In this document: positions 16,921 through 24,333 of the stretch, piece after piece
How the letters are laid out: each line of letters opens with the position of its first letter
Numbering within the stretch: the first letter of the stretch is position 1
Source: Acaryochloris thomasi RCC1774
Lineage (GTDB): Bacteria > Cyanobacteriota > Cyanobacteriia > Thermosynechococcales > Thermosynechococcaceae
Assembly (NCBI RefSeq): GCF_003231495.1
Contig: NZ_PQWO01000012.1
Location: 120,001-152,000, forward strand
Reading direction: 5' to 3'
DNA length: 32,000 nucleotides
The notes under the pieces: model-generated
Database searches by the model: none
Seen by the model: only the letters and a program-made list of their open reading frames with translations
What the model was told of the DNA's origin: nothing
Made by a program: the position numbers and the translations under genes

Positions 16921-16933
16921 TTTGCGCCGCTCT

Positions 16934-18427
16934 ATGCCGATGAAACGCGCTGTCCCTCAAGTCTTTCAGAACCTGCCAGCAAAGCTGAAAAGGCGGATCA
17001 ACTGGTCATCTTTAGAGGTGCAGTTAACGCTAGGCATAGGTACGCTGTTTGCCTTATCGCTCAGTAGTGTGGCGATCTGGACCTGCTGGAAAATGCAGCG
17101 CATTCTCATCGAAAGTCATAAAAAGAATGTCTTCACGGTTGCCAGTCAGGTTACGGAAGACATCACCTTCTACAGCGAGATGCTACCGATGAACAAAAGC
17201 CTCCAGAAGGCCATTGACAATCGAGCATCTCGCAATCTTCTGCTCTGGATCGAGAAAGAGGATGCATCTTTAGTGGCTGCTCCTGCCATCACAGGGCCAG
17301 CGTGGCAGCGTGTTGGCCACCCCAGCGACCTTGCCCAAACTTTTCAGAAGGGTTCGCTCTTTGATCTCTATCAGGTTCAAGATCGCGAATTAGTTGCCTG
17401 TCGCAGTCCTCTGGTGATCGGCACTCAAACGTTAGGCACTCTGTTTGTGGCTCAAGATATTACGCAGGATCAGCGACGCATTAACGACAATATTCAAACG
17501 CTGGTGCTAGCGACGAGCCTGGCAATGATACTGTCGCTCTTTGCCATTGCCTACTTTATTCGACGTTCCCTCCAGCCGCTGTTTCAGATGCAAGCCATGA
17601 CACAGAAGATATCGGCTGAAGACCTAGGACATGCCCAAGTCGTTCTGCCAAAAGCCTCAAGTGAAATTCAATCGTTGGCCAATACCTTCAACATGATGCT
17701 GGCTCGTTTATCTGAAGCATGGGCCCAGCAGCATCATATTGGGGAACGACAGCGACAGTTTGCGAGTGATGTTTCTCATGAGCTGAGAACTCCCCTCACT
17801 ATTGTCAGAGGCTATTTGCAAAGTACGCTGCGCCGCAGCGATAATTTGCTTGACCATCAGCGCGAAGCTCTTGAGGTAGCTGCGGGTGAGGCCGATCACA
17901 CAATTCAGCTCCTGCAAGACTTACTTAACTTAGCGCGGGCCGATGATGGCTATATGGCCTATGATCTACAAATTCTGATTCTCAACGATGTTGTGACAGG
18001 CGTAGTGCAAGTCGCAGAACAGTTCAGCCATCGGACAATTTTGGTGGAGGCGAAGGCGTCGCTGATTCCGATCTATGCAGACGCGAATCGCCTCCACCAA
18101 ATCTTGGTCAATCTAGTAGAGAATGCCTTGAAGTATTCGGACGAGGCTGAGCCAGTGAGAATCAAGCTAGAGCAAGTCGATAAACAGGCTGTTATTCAGG
18201 TTTGCGATCGCGGCCCCGGCATTCCGCTACAGCAGCAATCTCGCATCTTTGATCGTTTTTATCGTTTGGACGAAGCCCGTACTCGTTCGATGGGAGGGAC
18301 AGGCCTAGGACTATCTATCGTTAAAGTCTTTGTAGAGGGGATGGGGGGACAGGTCACTGTTCGCTCTGAGCTCAACGAAGGCAGCACCTTTACCGTTACA
18401 TTGCCCATATCTGCAGTATCGCTATGA
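16934..18427 (+). CDS. Membrane sensor histidine kinase (2 TM with periplasmic loop, HAMP, HisKA, HATPase_c)
   Basis: I prefer the ATG at 16934; the ORF-track start at 16796 would overlap the cupin gene by 125 nt. TM1 LTLGIGTLFALSLSSVAIW, TM2 LVLATSLAMILSLFAIAYFI. H-box [15 protein letters not shown]-box LVENALKYS, G-boxes DRGPGIP and GGTGLGLSIV. Confidence 0.9.
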   Translation: MPMKRAVPQVFQNLPAKLKRRINWSSLEVQLTLGIGTLFALSLSSVAIWTCWKMQRILIESHKKNVFTVASQVTEDITFYSEMLPMNKSLQKAIDNRASRNLLLWIEKEDASLVAAPAITGPAWQRVGHPSDLAQTFQKGSLFDLYQVQDRELVACRSPLVIGTQTLGTLFVAQDITQDQRRINDNIQTLVLATSLAMILSLFAIAYFIRRSLQPLFQMQAMTQKISAEDLGHAQVVLPKASSEIQSLANTFNMMLARLSEAWAQQHHIGERQRQFASDVSHELRTPLTIVRGYLQSTLRRSDNLLDHQREALEVAAGEADHTIQLLQDLLNLARADDGYMAYDLQILILNDVVTGVVQVAEQFSHRTILVEAKASLIPIYADANRLHQILVNLVENALKYSDEAEPVRIKLEQVDKQAVIQVCDRGPGIPLQQQSRIFDRFYRLDEARTRSMGGTGLGLSIVKVFVEGMGGQVTVRSELNEGSTFTVTLPISAVSL

Positions 18428-19098
18428 CCGCAAATATTTTATTAGTTGAAGACGAAGTCAAACTGGCCCAGTTTGTGAAACTAGAACTTGCCCAAGAAGG
18501 GTACGAAGTGACGGTGGCCAATGATGGGATGACCGGTCTCACTTCGGCTCGAGAACTGCAGCTTGATCTGATTATTCTCGATTGGATGCTGCCTGGTTTC
18601 ACTGGCATTGAGGTGTGTCGTCGACTGCGAGCGACGGGTGATCAGGTACCGGTGATCTTGTTGACAGCCAAAGATGAGATTAGCGATCGCGTCGAGGGCC
18701 TAGACGCGGGCGCAGATGACTATCTAGTCAAACCTTTTAGTATTGAAGAACTACTGGCACGGGTGCGGGCGCATCTGCGGCGCACTCAAGAAGATGACCC
18801 AGACGAGCTGCAGTTCTCTGATTTGACTCTTAATCAGCGCACTCGTGAAATCTATCGGGGTGATCGCTCGATTGAGCTAACGGCCAAGGAATTTGATCTG
18901 CTGGTGTATTTAATGCGCCATCCTCGGCAGGTGCTGACGCGCGATCGCATCTTAGAAGAGGTCTGGGGCTACGACTTCATGGGCGATTCCAATATCATTG
19001 AGGTGTATATCCGCTATCTGCGCCTGAAGTTAGAAGAGAATGATGAAAAGCGCATGATTCAAACGGTGAGGGGTGTGGGATACGTCATGAGAGAGTAG
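18424..19098 (+). CDS. OmpR/PhoB-family response regulator (receiver plus winged-helix DNA-binding domain)
   Basis: ATGA overlap with the kinase stop. ILLVEDE, phospho-acceptor LIILDWMLPG, LLTAK, KPF. C-terminal LTAKEFDLLVYLMRHPRQVLTRDRILEEVWG...TVRGVGY. Confidence 0.93.
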   Translation: MTANILLVEDEVKLAQFVKLELAQEGYEVTVANDGMTGLTSARELQLDLIILDWMLPGFTGIEVCRRLRATGDQVPVILLTAKDEISDRVEGLDAGADDYLVKPFSIEELLARVRAHLRRTQEDDPDELQFSDLTLNQRTREIYRGDRSIELTAKEFDLLVYLMRHPRQVLTRDRILEEVWGYDFMGDSNIIEVYIRYLRLKLEENDEKRMIQTVRGVGYVMRE

Positions 19099-19128
19099 TC
19101 CTACGCTATAGGTGGTCGATCTCAAATT

Positions 19129-19821
19129 ATGGGCATTGCTCCAGTCCTTCCCTACGTTCATCGCGTTTTAAGTCCTTTATTTCCGGGATGTTTGTGGAAG
19201 GGCAACCCGGAGCGCAAGGAAATTGCGCTGACCTTTGATGATGGGCCTCACCCTAAATATACGCTGCAGTTGCTTGAGGCACTGGCTGAATATCAGGTGA
19301 CGGCTAGTTTCTTTTGGTTAGGAGTCTGTGTTGAACGTGCGCCGCAGGTAGCGCAGGCGGTTTATGAGCAGGGGCATTGGCTGGGACTGCATGGCTATAC
19401 GCATCGGTCTTTCCCAAGAATGAAGGGGGAACAGTTACTTCAGGACTTGGGGCGGACTCGGGATGCGATCGCATCTATCTGCAACATCGACCCAAGCACC
19501 CTTCGAGATGTCCGGCCGCCCAACGGCGTTTTTACCCCTAGTACGCTATCTCGCCTCAAGTTAGGAGGCTACCGCCCGGTAATGTGGAGCGTTGTCCCGG
19601 TTGATTGGGTGTGTCCTGGTGTTGAATTGGTTACCCAGCGTGTTGTTGAGCAAACGCAGAACGGCTCAATTATTGTCCTGCATGATGGACTGTGCGGCGG
19701 CCAGGATGTGGCTCAGTCTGTTCGTCAGCTTGTACCTCAGCTTCTCGATCAGGGCTATCGGTTTGTCACCATTGACCATCTCTGGAAACAGCAGAATTAC
19801 ATGAACAGTTCATCACGGTAG
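19129..19821 (+). CDS. Polysaccharide deacetylase (NodB homology domain, CE4)
   Basis: ALTFDDGPHP (motif 1), LHGYTHRSF (H-x4-H metal motif), VRPPNG, IIVLHD. Confidence 0.88.
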   Translation: MGIAPVLPYVHRVLSPLFPGCLWKGNPERKEIALTFDDGPHPKYTLQLLEALAEYQVTASFFWLGVCVERAPQVAQAVYEQGHWLGLHGYTHRSFPRMKGEQLLQDLGRTRDAIASICNIDPSTLRDVRPPNGVFTPSTLSRLKLGGYRPVMWSVVPVDWVCPGVELVTQRVVEQTQNGSIIVLHDGLCGGQDVAQSVRQLVPQLLDQGYRFVTIDHLWKQQNYMNSSSR

Positions 19822-19926
19822 TCTCGAGAGCGAGTGATTTTCAAGGCTCTCTGCCATCATCGATGTATAGATCATTTGTGTATACATGATGGTAAGGCTC
19901 TAGGCTTTTCACAAGAGGTTGAGTTT

Positions 19927-20892
19927 TTATAGATGCGATCGCGGATTAAAACTCCGCAACTGCGCCAGTTTTTCGTAACACTCTCGCTCCGCAGCAGAAA
20001 GCTCTTTTGGCATCACAAGCTGAATTTTGACAATTTGATCCGTGTGCCCGCCCTTTGCCAGCGGCCAGCCCTTGCCTCTCAGCCTCATCGACTGCCCTGA
20101 CTTAATACCCGCCGGAACGTTCATCTTGACGCTGCCCCCAGGTGTAGGCACGTCGATACTTGCTCCCAGAGCTGCCTCATCAGGGGTAATGGGAAGCTCA
20201 CAAGTGAGTCGGTCACCTTCAAATTTAAAGAATGAGTGGGGCTGAAGCTTGACCGTCAGATACAGATCACCGCGCGTCTGGGTCATAGGATTAAGCTGTC
20301 CCTTACCCCGTACCCGAATCTTAGTCCCTGGCTTAGCTCCGGCGGGAATCCGTACCGAGATGGTTTCACTGCCACCAATGATTAGCCGCTTTTGCACGCC
20401 CTGTAGCGCCTCGTCAAAGCTGAGAGAAATCTCAGCCGTAGCATCGGCGGACATGCTACCGGCATTGCCGAAGCCACCGTCATTAAAACCAAATCCGGCG
20501 TCATTAAAGCCAAACCCCGGCGTCGCGGTCGTGGTGCGGTAGCTAGGACCGCCTGTTCCACCAAATCCACCCCCAAAGCGCCCCAGTAGCTCATTGATAA
20601 ACTCATCAAAGCTGCCGTACTGTCCACCAAAGGGATCGGCCGCAGAGGCACCGCCCGCTTGATTCCAGTACTGACCAAACTGGTCGTACTTTTGGCGCTT
20701 ACTCGAATCGGATAAAACCTCGTAAGCTTCACTAATCTCTTTGAACTTTGCCTCTGCAGCCTTGTCACCGGGATTCATGTCTGGGTGATATTTACGCGCT
20801 AGCTTCCGAAAAGTCCGCTTAATTTCAGACTCATCGGCGGTTTTACTGACGCCCAGAATCTTGTAATAATCTTTGAAATCAGTGGCGGGCAT
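19927..20892 (-). CDS. J-domain co-chaperone, DnaJ class II (CbpA-like, no zinc-finger region)
   Basis: DYYKILGV...YHPDMNPGD (HPD motif), a G/F-rich linker (GGGFGGTGG, GFGFNDAGFGFNDGGFG), and DnaJ C-terminal beta domains (GDLYLTVKLQPHSFFKFEGD). No CxxCxGxG repeats. Confidence 0.9.
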   Translation of the reverse strand: MPATDFKDYYKILGVSKTADESEIKRTFRKLARKYHPDMNPGDKAAEAKFKEISEAYEVLSDSSKRQKYDQFGQYWNQAGGASAADPFGGQYGSFDEFINELLGRFGGGFGGTGGPSYRTTTATPGFGFNDAGFGFNDGGFGNAGSMSADATAEISLSFDEALQGVQKRLIIGGSETISVRIPAGAKPGTKIRVRGKGQLNPMTQTRGDLYLTVKLQPHSFFKFEGDRLTCELPITPDEAALGASIDVPTPGGSVKMNVPAGIKSGQSMRLRGKGWPLAKGGHTDQIVKIQLVMPKELSAAERECYEKLAQLRSFNPRSHL

Positions 20893-21087
20893 TCTTTAAA
20901 TCTCCTGGCAATCAATCAGCGCGGGACCATGTCAAGGATGCGGCCTCGCTCCCACAAGCATCAGTCAACCCCATTGTGGACTGAGAAAGCATTAGAGAGG
21001 GCAGCCGACACGTTCGCAGGAACCGGCAAAATATCTAATCTCACCGTAGCAAAATCAGAAGAACCACAGGGTTCGGTTTTTGCGACT

Positions 21088-21771
21088 TTAAGAAGACTGA
21101 GCCGTCGCTAATTCCTCAGCTAACAGTTGCTGATAGATGCGGGCTAGTTGAGGCGTCACAGCGTTATCTTCAATACCGTAACCGAGGCTAGTCCAGGTTC
21201 CAGAGAGGCGCTTGAGGACTGACTGTAGCTGACCGGCCTCTAAGGCTTGAGGAATATCTAATCCCCATGCTTGCTGATCTTGCAGCCACTTATATACAAC
21301 CTGATCTTGGTACATGGGTTCAAAGCTGTAGGTTTGCCACAACAGCATTTTGTGGGGCTTGGGGTGATAGGCCTTGGCTTTCTCTGCCCAGGTGGTATTG
21401 ATGAACTGATAGCGACCAGCAGCAGTGGTGCAGTTGCCAACATTGGGGCCAGCAACGATGGGCAAGCAGCGATCAGGATGTCCGCTCAGGTCTTCGACAT
21501 GGGTGCCGCCATACAGCAGTGTGTAGGGACTAGGGTCGTTGGCTTCGCTGGCGGAAATGGTGCGCATCAGCGCTCGCAAATGGGGACTGCCACCAGACAT
21601 GGCAAGCGGCGCAATCTCTCCAGGACGGCTGCTTTGCGGGAGTAACCACTCGGGGTTAGGCCGCGGCCAGATGAAAGCTGTCAGCCCCAATAGCGCCAGA
21701 GCAAGGATCGTAGGTCGCCATGGGAAACGCGACTCAATTTTGAGGGTTCGAGGTGGAAGCGTGGGAACCAA
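21088..21771 (-). CDS. Membrane-anchored lambda-lysozyme-like lytic transglycosylase (GH104-type)
   Basis: N-terminal TM PTILALALLGLTAFIW. It aligns by eye with phage lambda R: ISASEAN (catalytic Glu), LYGGTHVEDLSGHP, TAAGRYQFINTTW, TWTSLGYG. Start is TTG at 21771. Confidence 0.75.
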   Translation of the reverse strand: MVPTLPPRTLKIESRFPWRPTILALALLGLTAFIWPRPNPEWLLPQSSRPGEIAPLAMSGGSPHLRALMRTISASEANDPSPYTLLYGGTHVEDLSGHPDRCLPIVAGPNVGNCTTAAGRYQFINTTWAEKAKAYHPKPHKMLLWQTYSFEPMYQDQVVYKWLQDQQAWGLDIPQALEAGQLQSVLKRLSGTWTSLGYGIEDNAVTPQLARIYQQLLAEELATAQSS

Positions 21772-21905
21772 GGAGACAGCTCCTGAAGGTGATTTTTGAT
21801 CTATGACGAGGATTAAATCTCAGAAGTGCCTGAATCAGTCTCAAGAAGTGGAAAATTGTGGACAAAGCTTTAAGATGAGACAGCGCAGATGCAGGGATAC
21901 TCTCA

Positions 21906-22715
21906 ATGAAACTCTTAGTTGGCAATGATGATGGTATTTTTGCTCCGGGTATTAAGGCGTTGGCAAATGCCCTTGCGATCGCAAATCACGAAGTCATCGT
22001 TGTCTGTCCCGATCGAGAGCGCTCCGCCACCGGCCACGGCTTAACCATCCATCAGCCGATTCGCGCCGAACTTATGGATGCGATATTTCTACCTCAAGTC
22101 AAAGCTTGGGCCTGTTCTGGAACCCCCTCTGACTGCATTAAGCTCGCCCTGGGTGCGTTGCTAGACAGTCCCCCCGATCTGGTGCTGTCCGGCATCAATC
22201 AGGGCGCGAATCTCGGCACCGACGTTCTCTATTCCGGGACGGTCTCTGCCGCAATGGAGGGGGCAATTGAAGGGATCATGAGCGTGGCCCTCAGCTTGAC
22301 TAGCTTCAAAGTTCAAGATTTTCAGGCTGCCGCTCAATTTGCCTGCGCCCTTGTTGATCATCTGCAGAAGCAGCCCCTCAGCGATCCGATTCTTTTAAAC
22401 GCAAATATACCCGCCGTTCCTGCCGCAGAGATTGCTGGGGTCACACTTACGCGGCAGGGCATTCGCCGCTATCAGGATCTATTTGAAAAGCGCATCGATC
22501 CACGGGGCAAGACCTACTACTGGCTCGCAGGAGAAGTGGTGGAAGATGTTGAAGATTCGGCCGCGGCTCATTCTCCACTGATGACAGATGTACAGGCCAA
22601 TCGGAAAAACTTGATCAGCATCACGCCTCTGCAGTACAACTTGACGGCTCTATCGCACCTAGAAAAGCTTCCACAGTGGGTGGAGCAAACGATGCCGCAG
22701 ATTCCTGGTGTTTAA
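21906..22715 (+). CDS. surE: 5'/3'-nucleotidase SurE
   Basis: [30 protein letters not shown] and [11 protein letters not shown] are hallmark SurE blocks. Confidence 0.93.
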   Translation: MKLLVGNDDGIFAPGIKALANALAIANHEVIVVCPDRERSATGHGLTIHQPIRAELMDAIFLPQVKAWACSGTPSDCIKLALGALLDSPPDLVLSGINQGANLGTDVLYSGTVSAAMEGAIEGIMSVALSLTSFKVQDFQAAAQFACALVDHLQKQPLSDPILLNANIPAVPAAEIAGVTLTRQGIRRYQDLFEKRIDPRGKTYYWLAGEVVEDVEDSAAAHSPLMTDVQANRKNLISITPLQYNLTALSHLEKLPQWVEQTMPQIPGV

Positions 22716-22775
22716 GTGCGTTGATCGCTTCGGCAATCAGGGAATCCTAGAGCTGCAGTTGTTAGTTGCTAAAGT

Positions 22776-23189
22776 ATGGCTGAATTTCCTGAGTCGAACG
22801 CAGCGATGGGCTATCTCTGCTTAGCCATCGGTACAGCCCTTACCTTGGTCGCCGGAGGCGTGATTCCGACAGATCCATCCCAGTTTTTTGCGCCACGATG
22901 GATGCTAGCGCTTGCGGGTTTGAGCGTTATTGCCTGTGGGGGTAGCTTAATCACCCCAAAAGATAGCGTTCCACAGCTCTGCTGTATTGGTTTTATTTTA
23001 GTTAGCTTTGCAATGATGGGGGGCTGGGTTGCCGTGTTCAGTTCCGATGATTCCATTGCTGGGGGCATTCCCTTTATCCCTCGCAGCGTTAATATTTTTT
23101 TGGGGAGATGCCTGTTTGGCTTAGGCCCAATTGTCTGCTTAGGAATGCTTTGGAGTTTGGTTAGCGGTTCGCTCAAGCAGCAACAATAA
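22776..23189 (+). CDS. Small integral membrane protein (about 4 TM), hypothetical
   Basis: 137 aa with four hydrophobic segments. I prefer it over the antisense 121-aa ORF, which has no membrane or motif logic. Confidence 0.6.
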   Translation: MAEFPESNAAMGYLCLAIGTALTLVAGGVIPTDPSQFFAPRWMLALAGLSVIACGGSLITPKDSVPQLCCIGFILVSFAMMGGWVAVFSSDDSIAGGIPFIPRSVNIFLGRCLFGLGPIVCLGMLWSLVSGSLKQQQ

Positions 23190-23252
23190 CAAGATTGCTC
23201 TGGCCCGCAGTCAGTGTCATGCTGCTAGGGATATCTGAGTGAGCAAAGGCTG

Positions 23253-24293
23253 ATGAGCGACTCTAGCAAACCGAATCGATGGGATGCCCTCAGTAATTCT
23301 GATTTGCTCCGCTTTCTGTTGTTGGCAGCCTGCGGCTGGGTGCTGGTGCAGTTCATCAACTTTTTTTATGGGGTAATCGCGATGTTTGCCAGCGCTGCGA
23401 TTCTGGCAGTGCTGCTCAACTATCCGGTGAGTCAGTTGGCGCGATTTTTGCCGAGGTGGGTTGCGATCGCAACAACAGTTGCCTCCAGTATCGCCATCGT
23501 TGCCACCTTCGTCACATTTCTGGGCCTAGAGGTAATCAATCAGGGTACAGGTCTAGTCACTACGATTACAGAAACACTTCAAACCAGCGACCTGCCCTTT
23601 GAAAACCTGCTTGACAAGTTGAACTTTGAAAATCTGATTAGCGTCCTCACCTCAAGTCTCGGGACAGGTTTAGGCATTGCTGGCGGTATTTTCTCTAATA
23701 CCTTTACCTTCATTTTTGTCGTGGTGATCTCGGTCTATATGCTGATTGACGGCAGCAAGATCTGGCGAACCTGTCTCATCATTGTTCCAGTGGAGCTACG
23801 CGATCGCGTTGACAATACCGTTCAGCGCAGCTTCATCGGCTTCTTTCGCGCCCAAATATTTTTGGTGTTGTTTCTCACCAGCCTCAGCTTTGTGATTTAC
23901 ACCCTTCTCGGGGTCAAATTTGCATTGGTCCTTGCCATCGTTGCTGGCGTTCTAGACGCTATTCCCGGCATTGGTGCAACCCTGGGCGTCTTAATCGTCA
24001 CCCTCTTAGTCTTTGCCTCCCAGGGATTGACGTTGGCAGCTAAAGTCATTTTTGCCTCTGTGATCCTGCAGCAAATTCAGGACAACCTCATTCACCCCAA
24101 GGTGATGAAAGAATCGTTAGACATTAACCCCATTTTGATGTTTTTGTCGCTCTTCATTGGCGAAAAAATCGCAGGTCTTTTGGGCCTCTTTCTCTCCATT
24201 CCCTTAGCCGGGATGGCGGTTCGCTGGTTCAAAGATAGCCACGAACAACGACTCCAAGTGCAGGCTGCTGAGCATCACGACACTCAAGAATAA
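23253..24293 (+). CDS. AI-2E family transporter (PerM/UPF0118)
   Basis: 346 aa, about 8 TM. The conserved C-terminal region ...LDAIPGIGATLGVLIVTLL...IQDNLIHPKVMKESLDINPILMFLSLFIGEKIAGLLGLFLSIPLAG is typical of the family. Confidence 0.8.
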   Translation: MSDSSKPNRWDALSNSDLLRFLLLAACGWVLVQFINFFYGVIAMFASAAILAVLLNYPVSQLARFLPRWVAIATTVASSIAIVATFVTFLGLEVINQGTGLVTTITETLQTSDLPFENLLDKLNFENLISVLTSSLGTGLGIAGGIFSNTFTFIFVVVISVYMLIDGSKIWRTCLIIVPVELRDRVDNTVQRSFIGFFRAQIFLVLFLTSLSFVIYTLLGVKFALVLAIVAGVLDAIPGIGATLGVLIVTLLVFASQGLTLAAKVIFASVILQQIQDNLIHPKVMKESLDINPILMFLSLFIGEKIAGLLGLFLSIPLAGMAVRWFKDSHEQRLQVQAAEHHDTQE

Positions 24294-24333
24294 CCGCAAC
24301 CATTTCACCGGGCAAACACAGGCTAGGCTCCCA

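Noticed and set aside
16796-16933. Upstream start (16796) for the histidine kinase
   Set aside because: It would overlap the cupin gene by 125 nt and add a non-hydrophobic extension. The ATG at 16934 gives a normal short cytoplasmic N-terminus before TM1.
20042-20768. ORFs at 20042-20245 and 20249-20542 (+) and 20382-20768 (-)
   Set aside because: They are embedded in or out of frame with the dnaJ-like gene, whose J-domain, G/F region and C-terminal domains account for the whole interval.
21088-21771. The lysozyme gene as evidence of a prophage
   Set aside because: No integrase, terminase, capsid, tail or holin genes flank it. Its neighbours are housekeeping genes (dnaJ-like, surE).
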